The position numbers were made by a program, and so were the translations under genes. Under the pieces are notes generated by a model. It saw only the letters and a program-made list of their open reading frames with translations, was not told the origin of the DNA and did no database searches. DNA of 64,000 nt from Octopus vulgaris (Eukaryota). Positions 52,640 through 64,000 of this stretch are shown here, piece after piece; the stretch's first letter is position 1, and every line of letters begins with the position of its first letter. The stretch is taken from contig OX597818.1 in NCBI GenBank assembly GCA_951406725.2, positions 75,702,001-75,766,000 on the forward strand, in the 5' to 3' direction.

Positions 52640-53849
52640 GAGGGTGCATCAGTTTTTTGAGGACACCTCTTTCAAGGGCTCTAACTTTCTTCTAATCTAT
52701 TTTTCTTACTTTACTTTTCAGATAAATAATATCAGACATCAGGTTGACTCAGTACATGAAAAAGGCATGCTGTAATTGTCACCTTAAAAGCGCAGCATAG
52801 CTCGCTTCCTGAAAGTTTTCCAATTGGTCATTGTCAAAGTTTGAAAAGAGCTAGAGGCTGCTGATACAGAGCCAACATCAGCAGCTAAATGCAAAATGCT
52901 TGCAGAGGGGCCTAATACCATCAGAGCACAGAACTTTGTACAAAAATTGCAAGAAAAACTTGATAAAAATCCCCAGAAATTCAATCCAGAGGATTGAATG
53001 CAAAGGACCTTAAGATTTCAGAATGCACCATCAAAAGAGTTGTGTATGAGGAAATCCAGTACAAGTCGTATGTGATGTGGAGGGGTCAATTTATGTCAGA
53101 TGTGACAAGAGAGAATCATTTGATCCATGCAAAGTGCTTGCTATACAAGTTAAAACACTAAGAAGCAGGAGTGCTTCAGTCATGGCCAAAAGGTAAACTG
53201 AAAGAATGACAGATAGTTATGCAAAGACCCAAATGAGGTTTCTATGGTCATGCATACTAAATTCCCAGAAATTGTGATGGTTTGAGAGTCATCAGCAATG
53301 AGGGAGATGTCATACCTCTTCATTCTTTTTCACAGGACTTAAGAGTCAATGCTACTGTTCACGGAGAGGTGTTAGGGAAAATTGTGAGACCCTAGATAGA
53401 TAGAGTATGCAACAGAAGACCATATGTCTTCCAACAAGACTTTTTGCTGTCTCATAAGGCTAGGACAACCCAAACATGAATACATGCCAATCTCCATGAC
53501 CATATTCTCCCAGGCACATGGCCTCATAGCTCACCAGAACTCAATCCACCAGGCATAGTCATGAGAAGATCAATCAACATCCCCATAACACCATACAAGC
53601 TCTCAAGTTCACCATAACCAGCATTATGTCCAAAATTGATTAATATTGTCTGATTCAAGCCTGCCTGTGCTTTCTGCCCCATATTGAACCAGCCATTGAT
53701 GTTAACGATAGATTCATTGAATAGGTGTGACAAAAGGTTTCTCAAGATTATTTGTATCAATTTCTTTTCATACACACAGCTTTCCTTTGATGAGTTACGC
53801 ATCTTTTTCTAAATTCATACAAATAACCTAAAGAAATTGATGCAGCATA
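52640..53849 (+). mobile_element. Decayed maT/DD37D-like Tc1/mariner transposon
   Basis: TIR gagggtgcatcagtttttt and degenerate right end; remnants HTKFPE.VMV...SNEGDV and W...SPELNP. Confidence 0.82.
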
Positions 53850-53895
53850 TATATTGTTTATCTACTTTTTTTTTTGTTATTGTATTTTTGTTCAG

Positions 53896-54121
53896 AAAAG
53901 ACAAAATGGCAGGTGAGCACTACATCACAAAGTTGATGAAGAAGTGCTTCTGGACGTGGCAACTATACCTTCACAGAGAAAAAGAATGCCAGCGTTTAAA
54001 ACTCTCTCAGAAAGAAACCAAAGTCAAAATGGAGAAACTCTTAATTGCTGCTGCTTCAGGAAAAATAAATGTGGTCAATTCTTTGAGCAATTCTGAGACC
54101 AAATCTAAAAATTTAACCAAG
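53896..54121 (+). CDS. CCDC191: CCDC191 coding exon (KDKMAGEHY...KCFWTWQ...KMEKLLIAAASGK...)
   Basis: ttcag/gtaaac; matches 'HCFTEWQ...KKMDALLQAASLGK'; phase 2/0. Confidence 0.94.
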
Positions 54122-55769
54122 GTAAACCTTACAAGCAACGACTTCACTACCACATTTGCACATTATATATATGTGTGTGTGTATGTTTGTATGTATGTGT
54201 GTGTGTTTTTCTGCATATGTATATATTATCATCATTGTTTAATGTCCCTGTTCTATTCTGGCATGGATTGGACAATTTGACAGGATCTGATGGGCCCAAG
54301 GAATGCATAGTTCTTCATTGTCCACTTTAGCATGATTTCTACAACTGGTTTGCCTTTCCTACCATATGGTTTGCCTTTCCAACCACTTTACAGTTTGTAC
54401 TAGGTACTTTTTTTCATGCCACTAAGGTTGCCATGCAACTTGCTTGGAAGACTATGAACCTTTAAGGAGAAACTTTATGCTAGATGAAGAGTAAAGATAT
54501 GTAGAGTATGAGAGAAAAAGGGCGGGAGCAGAATACTTTTCTTGTTGTAGAACTACATGATCACTCACATTTTGGAAAAGATAGGAGTGATTGGATGGAG
54601 ATGGAAAGGGATAGAAAATAGAAGTGATGAGGAATCGTAGTAGACCTTCAAGTTACAAGATGGACAGAAATGAGTGGGGCAGAGGGATCAGGAAAGATGC
54701 ATGGTAGTGTAGAGCTGCAGAATAGTAATGATGATGGAGTAAACAGAAGGATAAAAGAGAGATAACATGATGGATGTGGGTAGGTTGCAGGAGTGAATGG
54801 GGAAAAGAGAGGCATGTATAGTTTATGAAAAGGATGAAATATTTGGGAGGAGAGATAATTTGGTAGCACAATGACGAGGCTACCAATTGTAGAAAACAAT
54901 GGTGGATAACAAATGAAATACTAATTTTTCTAAGCACTTTTTATTTCATTTTTCCCTTGGGTGAATTTGATCAATGAAAACTGAAAGAAACCTGCTAAAC
55001 ATGTGAATATGTGTGTGTGAGGTGGAAGATATGTAAAATAAGAAATCCCTTACTTGAAAAACATTTAAGGGTTAGTGAAAGGAAAGGCATTTAGCTGTAA
55101 AAACAATACCTCAATGGTTGTCTAACTCATGCTAGCATGAGAAAATGGACATAAGACAAATGATATATAGTAATCAGATGAAAAAAAGTGAAGATTATAT
55201 TTTTACATAACTTTATTCAATGTTATAAACATTTGGAATTCCTAGAGGAAATTTTTCTTCATTATGTAACGGTTCCTTGTCTCATGTTCTCATGGACAAG
55301 GACATTCCTAAGCATGATGACATCTTGACTGTAAATCAATCAAAGAAGGTAAAGTCCCACTCTCACACATATGTTTGATGGAAACCCTGAGAATCTACCT
55401 CAATAACTTTGTCTGAGGAGAATAGTCGAGAGCTAATTGTTCCATTAATTAAGTGATTTATTATGGATACAAATCATTGTATAGTAAGGAAACAAATCCT
55501 CTAGTGATTTAAAACATTTGTAACATTGAATTATTTATAAAAACGTAATCTTCCTTTTTCTGGCTGATTGCTGTTATACTCTGAAAATAATGTACCAACC
55601 AATCAATTGGTGAATAACCTTGGATTTACAGTTTGGATCACCTGGTGTATCTAACCTATATTCCTATATTCACCACTAGACAGTCTGTTAGCCAGGTACT
55701 TTTGTATTTTTGCATGGATTGCTGACTGAGGTATTCACCTGGATTTCTTCAGCCCTTATTTTCCTTTAC

Positions 55770-55817
<48 letters not shown>

Positions 55818-55820
<3 letters not shown>

Positions 55821-57061
55821 GGTTCATAAGGTATTTGAGGACATACCTTTTTAGGGTCATTTCTGCATTTTTTTGTTCACTCTGTATAGTCTTTGTTTCA
55901 GAAAATGATAAAGGCAGACCCTCAGCTTACTGAAGAAATGAAGGGTCATGCTGTTATTGTGGTTATAAAGGCTGAGCATAGTGATTTAGAAATATCTCGA
56001 GTTTTAAAAGTAGCCAGATCTTTTGCCTACAAAGTTTGTAAGGAGCTAAAGACTGAAGATGGAAACGTATCACCAGTATCAAAGCATAAAAAACATTCTA
56101 AACACTCTGAAATCATCAGAACACCTGAATTTATCCAGCTAGTTCAACAGACCATTGATTACAATCCCAGAAAGTCCAGGAGGTCAATTGCAAAAGATCT
56201 CCATGTGTCAGAAGGAGCAGTCAGAAATGTTGTCCACGAAGACATCAGATATAAGTCTTATATGATGAGGAAAGGTCAATTTGTCAGAAAAAGCAAAAGA
56301 AAATTACTACATCAGATCTAAAATCTCTTAAACAAACTGAAAAATCCAGCAGCAGAAGATTTGATTTGGCTTGTCTCAAACAAGAAAAAATTTGACCAAG
56401 ATCAAAAAGTTAACAGAAGAAATGATAGATGGTTATGTGCAGACCCTTTTGAAGTTCCAAGTGTTATGCAAACAAAATTTCCTGCAACTGTCATGGTTTT
56501 AGGGGTTGTCAGCTATGAAGGACAGGTGATGCCTCCTTCTTTCCACAAAGCCTTAGAGTTAACTCTTCCACCTACATTGTGGTCCTGGAAATAATTGTTA
56601 AGCCCTGGATAGACAGTGTAAGCAATGGAAGGCTATGTGTTTCAGTAAGACTGCACTATTGCACATGGCTCTAGTAACACTGAAATAGATGGCTGAAAAT
56701 TTTCATGATCACATAACCCCTAACATTTGGCCTCCTAATCGCCCAGATCTCAATCCATTGGACTATTATATGTGGAGCATTGTTGGGAGAGAGGTCATTT
56801 TAACACACCCATCACACCAAACATTCTATGAAAGCTGCCATAGTCAGAGTAATGTCCAAAATGAACCAGGACCACTTGATTCGAGCATGTAGATGATTTA
56901 GACCTCATATAGAAGCAACCGTTGAAGCTGAAGGTGGCTTTATTGAATAACATTATAGAAAAGAAGGTTTATTTTTTTGATAAATGGAGTTATTATCTGT
57001 TATTATATATCTGTTGTTTTTTGTAAACATAAATCTGACCTCAAATATCTTATGCACCTTG
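55818..57061 (+). mobile_element. maT/DD37D-like transposon, pseudogenised
   Basis: TIRs cagggttcataaggtatttgagg / cctcaaatatcttatgcaccttg; ORFs with NDRWL...TKFPATVMVLGVVS.EG and WPPNRPDLNPLDY. Confidence 0.9.
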
Positions 57062-57227
57062 TATATACATGAGTGGGTGGACAAATGAAAGGAAAAGGCG
57101 CTCAACACATTTAGTAGGAGTTACATGTATTATTTAAAGCAGTTTGATTCAACTCCATCTACTTAAAGTTTTGCGAGCCTCTAACAAGCCTGGACATTAA
57201 ACGATGATGATGATGATATATATATAT

Positions 57228-58835
57228 AAGAATTCCGGGTGGAGGTTGGGGTCCACCAAGGCTCAGTCCTCAGCCCCCTCCTATTTATCATAGTCCTCCA
57301 GGCAATAACGGAGGAATTCAAGACAGGATGCACATGTGAGCTCCTCTATGCTGACGACCTTGCTCTAATTGCTGAATCACTATCAGAACTCGAGGTGAAG
57401 TTTCAGGCGTGGAAGCAAGGATTAGAATCAAAGGGCCTTAGAGTCAATCTAGCTAAAACCAAAGTCCTAATAAGTAGGAAGGTAGACAAATCTCAAACAC
57501 CTTCAAGTAGATGGCCCTGCTCGATCTGTAGAAAAGGCGTAGGTAGGAACTCTATAAGATGCACCAAGTGTAAGCTATGGACACATAAGAGGTGCAGCAA
57601 TGTCAAAGGAAGGCTAACTAGGAAGATAGTTTTTGTATGTGGCAGATGCTCTGGTTCAATAAAGACTGAAGATGTGCAGAGACCATCTTCCGCCACATTC
57701 CAGAGAGAAAAACTTGAAATAGTTGATAGTTTCCGTTACCTAGGTGACCAAGTCAGTAGCAGGGGTGGGTGTATCGAAAGTGTAACTGCTAGAGTAAGAA
57801 TAGCCTGGGCAAAGTTTCAGAGAGCTCTTACCTCTGCTGGTGACAAAGGGCCTCTCACTCAGAGTAAAAGGCAGACTGTATGACACATGTGTGCGAACAG
57901 CCATGCTACATGGCAGTGAAACATGGGCCGTGACTGCTGAGGATATGCGTAAGCTCACAAGAAATGAAGCCAGTATGCTCCGTTGGATGTGTAATGTCAG
58001 TGTTCATACCCGACAGAGTGTAAGTGCCTTGAGAGAAAAGTTGGACTTGAGAAGCATCAGATGTGGTGTGCAAGAGAGACGTTTGCGCTGGTATGGACAC
58101 GTAGTAAGAATGGATGAAGATAGTTGTGTGAAAAAGTGCCACACCCTAGCGGTTGAGGGAACCTGTGGAAGAGGTAGACCCAGGAAAGCCTGGGATGAGG
58201 TGGTGAAGAACAACCTTCGTGCTTTAGGTCTCACCGAGGAAATGACCAGAGACCGAGACCTTTGGAAGTATGCTGTGCGCGAGAAGACCCGTCAGGACAC
58301 GTGAGGCCATAACCCATGGCCCCTACCTGGGACGTAGTCAGTCCACCTGTGCATACCTTCCTTCTTGGGACACTTGTGAAGACCTGTTGAGGCAAGTGAA
58401 AATCAAAATCAAACCAAATCAAAATCGATGAACATCAATGGAATTTGTATCTTTGTGGTACCAGTGCCGGTGGCACATAAGAAAACCATCCGAACGTGGC
58501 CGTAGCCAGTACCGCATCGACTGACCTCCGTGCTGTGGGCACGTAACAAACACCATCCGATCAAGGCCGTTCGCCAGCCTCGTCGGGCACCTGTGTCGGT
58601 GGCACATAAAAAACACCATCCGAGCGTGGCCGTTCGCCAGCCTCGTCTGGCACCTGTGTTGGTGGCACATAAAATCACCCACTACACTCTCGGAGTGGTC
58701 GGCGTTAGGAAGGGCATCCAGCTGTAGAAACACTGCCAGATCTGACTGGCCTGGTGCAGCCTTCGGGCTTCCCAGACCCCAGTTGAACCGTCCAACCCAT
58801 GCTAGCATGGAAAGCGGACGTTAAACGATGATGAT
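57228..58835 (+). mobile_element. Young 5'-truncated RTE LINE (RT C-half, C-terminus, 3' UTR)
   Basis: ORFs 57239-57883 and 57840-58304 joined by one frameshift; GVHQGSVLSPLLF, LLYADDL; (GAT)n tail. Confidence 0.95.
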
Positions 58836-59120
58836 ATATATATATGATGGACGTCTTTCAGTTTCCATCTTACTACATCACTTACAAGGCTTTGGTTGGT
58901 CAGGATGTGTAGTAGAAGTTATTTGCCCAAGGTGCCAAGTAATGGGACTAAACTTGAAACCATGTGGTTTTAAAATGAACTTTTTGGTGAAGCTGCCATG
59001 TCTGCATCTATTATTATATATTTTGCTGTAGAAAAGTCTTTATGTTTGGAGAGGGAGAATTAGCCTTCAACTTTTTCCATCTGAAGAGTTTTTTTAAAAC
59101 TTGATATTTAAATGCTCTTA

Positions 59121-59514
59121 TCTTTATATATAAAAGTCAAGTTGTTTGTCTGTCTCCTACGATTTAGATTCCTAACTACTCCCACATTTTGCGGTGCAGT
59201 TTAACCAAAACCGGGTATCTTATAGTCGTGATTCATATCGAGCCCTTCTGGGTATTAGCGCGCGTCTACGATGAGTCTACGATTTAAAAAAAAATTTACC
59301 ATCATTTTTTCCCATTTTTAATGCATTTTTTGCTATTATATAAGGGAAGTAACTCTCTAAAAATGTATTATTAAATCTAAAAACGTAAAAAGCTACAGTA
59401 ACACCTCCCTTTGTGGTTAGCCATATTGAGATGGCTATTATACTTTACATCTCTAAAAATGCTTATATAGTTATTTCCCTTACAAACCCGAGCAACGCCA
59501 GGCGATACTGCTAG
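59121..59514 (+). mobile_element. Non-autonomous Helitron
   Basis: Inserted between A and T; 5' TC; subterminal GC-rich hairpin cccgagcaacgccagg; 3' CTAG; no target-site duplication. Confidence 0.85.
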
Positions 59515-59614
59515 TTAATATAATATATATATAGCTTTATCTACTTTGAGTTCCACCATTAGAAATGATTTAATAAGCCACCTGTTATATATGAAATTCT
59601 TTATCCCTTCATAG

Positions 59615-59817
59615 AAGAAGCCAGACATTGAGAAATGCATTAAACAAGTGAAAATTTCAAGTGTTCCATGCAATTCTGATGGTAGTATTATTGGGTGTTC
59701 ACAATTGTCAAGTGTACCATGGAAAGCTTCAAGAAAGCTGCTGGACATGGAAACTCCTCAATTTTGTCAGCTTGTTGCAGGAACAAATACTGAAACCTAT
59801 TCTTCAGATCAGAAACA
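59615..59817 (+). CDS. CCDC191: Probable CCDC191 coding exon (KKPDIEKC...VPWKASRKLLDM...DQK)
   Basis: Good acceptor ttctttatcccttcatag in phase 0 (matches the 54121 donor); unique open sequence; donor CA|gttaag is less certain. Confidence 0.6.
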
Positions 59818-59849
59818 GTTAAGTGCATTTTTAATTACTGGCTATTGTA

Positions 59850-60142
59850 CAACTACTACTACTGCTGCTGCTACAACTACTACTACTACTGGTTTTTTTG
59901 AAACTGCCACCTCTGCTGCTACTACCACCACTACTGCTGCTGCTCCTGTTGCTACTACTACTACTACTACTACTACTGCTATTACAATTGCTGCTGCTAC
60001 TACTACTGTTCCTATTATTGCTGCTGCTGATGCTACTCCTCCTGCTTCTGCTACTCCTGCTTCTGCTACTACTGCTACTCCTGCTTCTGCTACTACTGCT
60101 ACTCCTCCTGCTTCTGCTACTACTGCTACTCCTCCTGCTACT
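59850..60142. repeat. Compound (ACT/GCT/CCT)n trinucleotide tract
   Basis: Direct observation; produces poly-L, poly-S and T/A/P ORFs. Confidence 0.9.
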
Positions 60143-61001
60143 GATATTTCTGGAACTTACACCTCTCAAACTACTGAAATTACTCCAGCCGACCTTCGCA
60201 CGACTGGTTTTTCTATCTCATCTGCTTGTCAATCACATCGCAATCCTTCTTCTGATTCTTTTGCATTATCTACAATGGGTCGTAATCAATCCTGTCGCCG
60301 ATGTTGTAAATTGTGTATGTGGGCGTTCCTGATGTTGCTGTTGTTGCTGTCATTGTTTGTTGTTGTTGCTGTCATTGTTATTAGCATTGTCCTTTAGCAC
60401 ACCAGCACCATGTGGTTAATTCAATAGACCTTTGATGATGATGTTGTTGTGAGACAGTTAATGTTATGGTAAAGGGTTATTAAAGTACTGAGCTCAAATA
60501 GCAGTATTTTTATGATATTTACCTGTTCTTTTATATTCTACTTTCATCGAGGTTATTGCTAATAAAATTATTATCACTGCTATAGAGGTGATGCTTTCAC
60601 TCATTGTACAACTATCTATCCTACAAAACATTAGATTGTACCAATGCGGAATTCAGTATCCCACTGAGTTGGACTTTACCATCCATTCTTTAAGAATCAA
60701 TAATTACTAATGAAGGACTGAGGTTAGTATACATCCACAATCCAAAAATGCCTGGCCTTGTACTTACCTAAATTAGATAACTGTTGTAAGTTTTCTTGCT
60801 TGCATTTGCTGCACTACCAAGCACAACTCTGTGTATGTTGGCTATGCACAGTGTGTTGAACTGATACTTCTATGTGTTGTGCATTTTTTAAAGTCCCGGG
60901 ATTGTTCTATTTTTTTCATCATTCTCAAGCCAACTATTATGATAGGGATCATTTTTGTTTTCAGGTCCCTCATTCAGGTTATCTCTATTTCCAGATCTTT
61001 G

Positions 61002-63679
61002 TGTGGGATGATGTCAGCAGCTGGGGAGCTGACAGGAACTTGGGGCTGATTGGAAGAGGAAGGGGCAGCAGTGACATGTGCGCAGGCAGGGGAGGATTGG
61101 GCCTTTTTGATCAGGGTAGCAGAGAGAGTTGGGCATGTGAGCGCTTTGTCAAGGTAGGGGAAAAGCAGCTGCTATTTATAGCGTTCGGGTCGGGCCATGT
61201 GGAAGGGTGCATTACCATTGACGAAGAGAAAGTAGGTGTCCTTATTTCAAATCTCCTGCATACACTACAAGCTATTTTGGCGCTCCATATAAGACGTCAC
61301 CACAATGGCAACGAAAATCAGGCTCGCCAGCGACATTATCAGACCCTTTAATGGTGAGGGCGATGTAGTGGCCTGGATTCGTAAAATCAGGCTGGTGGGA
61401 GACTGCAAGGCATAAGCCATGTGGTGAGCCTTATGACACTGTATTTGGAAGGGAGTGTGTTGACTCTATATCTTGAGATGGACGAGGAAGAATGTCTGAG
61501 TGAGGAGAAGATTGAGCAACATCTGAGAGACGCTTACACCAAGTGTGCGTACACAGCCTTTGCTAAGCTGGGCACGATTAAATGGACGGGAGAACAGGTG
61601 GATGAATACGCAGCGGAGGTTCGAAGGCTAGCTACGCTGGCTGGGTTTACAGGAGAAGGCCTGGAGAGAGCAGCATGACTGGCGTTCGTAAGTGGGTTCC
61701 CTGTAGGGATTCGACTGCAACAATTGCCCGGGGACAAAAAGATGGCACTGAGCGAACTTGTGACTCAAGCCTGCGTGTTGGCGCGAAACACTGGACAGAA
61801 GGTGATAACGAAGGCGGTAACGGAGGTGCATAAAGACGGTCAACGGCGGGAGAAAGATGCAAAGAAGCCTACCATGCAATGACAGCGGCCGTTTTCAGGC
61901 CGGTGTTTTAGATGTCAGGGGTCGCACATGGCAAGGGAGTGTACACAACTGGAGCCCGTCTGCTATCGATGCAGGCAGACAGGGCACATCGCCCATGATT
62001 GTGACCAGGGAAACGACCGTGGGAAAGTTGCTGCTCCTTGAACTTTCCTTGCAAACGAGTAAAGGCGCTTTTGGAGACGCTGCCCTTAATTGATGTGGTC
62101 TGGCTTCTTTAAGCAGATGACTTTAACCACATCAATGTCGCCGAATTAGATGCGGTGCTGAAAGGGGTGAACTTGGCCCTGAAATGGGGGCTGCCCTCAA
62201 TCGAAATCCAGACGGATTCAGCCACTGTGCTTGGCTGGGTAGGATCAGTGATCACTGGTGAGAGGAGAGTTTGGATGAAAGGTGCCGCAGAGATGTTGGT
62301 TAAGCACCATCTAGGAGTTCTAGGAGAATTGATTGCTGAGTTCAGACTGAAGCTGAACATGTTTTTTGTGCCTTCGGAGAGAAACAAGGCAGACGCACTG
62401 ACCAGGGTGAAAAAGGCGTGGTTGGAGGAACCGGAGGAGGCACAGAAAGGGATAGCTGTGGCATGTCAGTTGGATGACTCTGAACTGAAGAGACTGCATG
62501 CTATGCATCACCTGGGTGTGGACAAGACCCTGTATCTGGCGAAGAAAATTGATGCTGACGTTAATAGGAGAAGCAACCGGAAAGTGGTCAGGAGCTGTGA
62601 CAGGTGTCAGTCCATTGACCCTGCTCCATGTGGGCATGAGCAAGGAAACCTTTCAGTGGAGCACAACTGGAAAAAGCTAGCTGTAGATGTGATGCACTAC
62701 CATCAGGGAATGTATCTCTCCATGGTTGACTGCAGGTTGGGCCAGCTGGCCATTTGGAGGGGGTGGAGAACAGGCACTGCTGACGAGATTGCGCAGATTT
62801 TGAACGGGATATATTTAGAGAGGGGTCCCGTGGAAGAACTGCTAATGGACAATAGGGCGGTGTTTTGTTCAGAAGCACTGAGGGATATGCTCGACCAGTG
62901 GAAAGTGCATCGCTTGTTCAGAGTAGCATATAGGCCGAGTGGTAACAGAATTGTAGAGAGGCACCATCGGACAGTCAAGTCCATAGCGGAAAGAGGGTAC
63001 ATTTCGCCACTAGAAGTAGTTTTTTGGTACAACATGTCTCCCCAATCTGGACAAGCCGAAGAATCTGTGCCATACAGAGCTGTATTTAAATATGAATGGA
63101 GGCACCCGAGTAAAGCGCCAGAGGGCCACGAGGAAGAGAAGGGACCCACTTGCGTGAAAACAGGGGAGGAAGTCTGGGTTAAGCCACCGAAGGCGCACTG
63201 TACGACTCAGTGGAGCAGAAGAACGGTGATGGCGGTCAATTCCAGAAACAACGTCTCTGTGGATGGAATGCCGCGACATGTCTTGGACCTTCGCAGGATT
63301 GTCGCTTCGTTGGATGACAATTGTGAAGAGAAGGAGAACAAGGTGCCCTCCCAGTTGGATGGTGGATTTCAGTGTGGAGTAGAGAGAATGTGATCTTTAA
63401 GATCAGGGTGGCGTGTGGGATGACATCAACAGCTGGGGAGCTGACCGGAAGAGGAAGGGGCAGCAGTGACGCGCATGCAGGCAGGAGAGGATTGGGCCTT
63501 TTCGATCGGGGTAGCCGAGAGAGTTGGATGTGTGAGCGCTTTGTCAAGGTAGGGGAAAAGCACCTGCTATTTATAGCATTCAGGTCAGGCCACGTGGAAG
63601 GGTGCATTACCACTGGAGAGGTCTCCATCAACGAAGAGAAGGTAGGTGTCCTTATTTCAAATCTCCCACATACACCACA
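61002..63679 (+). mobile_element. Gypsy-like LTR retrotransposon, internally deleted (gag, RNase H, integrase; protease/RT missing)
   Basis: LTRs 61002-61269 and 63414-63679 (TGTGG...CA); flanks ctttg/cttta; gag from 61305 with two CCHC knuckles; ORF 62155-63393 carries RNase H, HHCC and DDE integrase motifs. Confidence 0.9.
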
Positions 63680-64000
63680 CTTTATTCTTTAATAATTTCT
63701 CCATTTCTTTGAGACAGGCTTTATCATCTGTTAGGACTGATACTTCAGTATTCCTTGGTGATATTTGACAACAATATCTGGTCAGTTAATGTTGATCACA
63801 CTGTCTGTATGTATTTGTATGTCCCAAAGAATTGTCACTTTGTTATTCTCAGAGACCTTTCCAGGTGCATTCTTATCACCTTGATCACATTGACCAACCG
63901 GACTGTCCATGCCTCTCTGGATCCTCAGCACACCATGTCATCAGTGAAATAGAGGTGGGTCAATGACTTGCTGTTAATGTTCACACTACCTCACCAGTCG

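Noticed and set aside
55246-55348. Possible extra CCDC191 exon (tag acceptor, AAG|gtaaag donor, one open frame)
   Set aside because: Its open frame needs a phase-2 entry, but the previous exon ends in phase 0; not supportable without transcripts.
59831-60332. Poly-Ser and poly-Leu ORFs
   Set aside because: Alternative frames of the trinucleotide tract.

Overview
AT-rich, repeat-dense animal genomic DNA. The SINE and RTE families and the microsatellite load suggest a coleoid cephalopod such as Octopus (inference). Two + strand genes lie tail-to-head. The first is the last 8 coding exons of DNA polymerase epsilon catalytic subunit (POLE, 921-12304, with both CysA and CysB motifs). The second is the first ~11 coding exons of a CCDC191 (KIAA1407) orthologue (ATG 20602, running past ~59.8 kb), whose promoter carries an RFX X-box. 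Introns are filled with RTE LINE fragments, tRNA-SINEs, Tc1/mariner/maT transposons, a piggyBac derivative and related MITEs, a Helitron, a solo LTR and Gypsy elements. The most unusual signal is three unrelated families of fold-back (head-to-head inverted) elements. Each carries a minimal type-I hammerhead ribozyme motif facing outward, but with a different tertiary 3-8 pair: canonical C3-G8 (52.5 kb; this family has a tRNA-Ile-like Pol III head), U3-A8 (3.6-3.9 kb) and an apparent G3-C8 swap (40 kb). All calls were made by eye and no database search was run.
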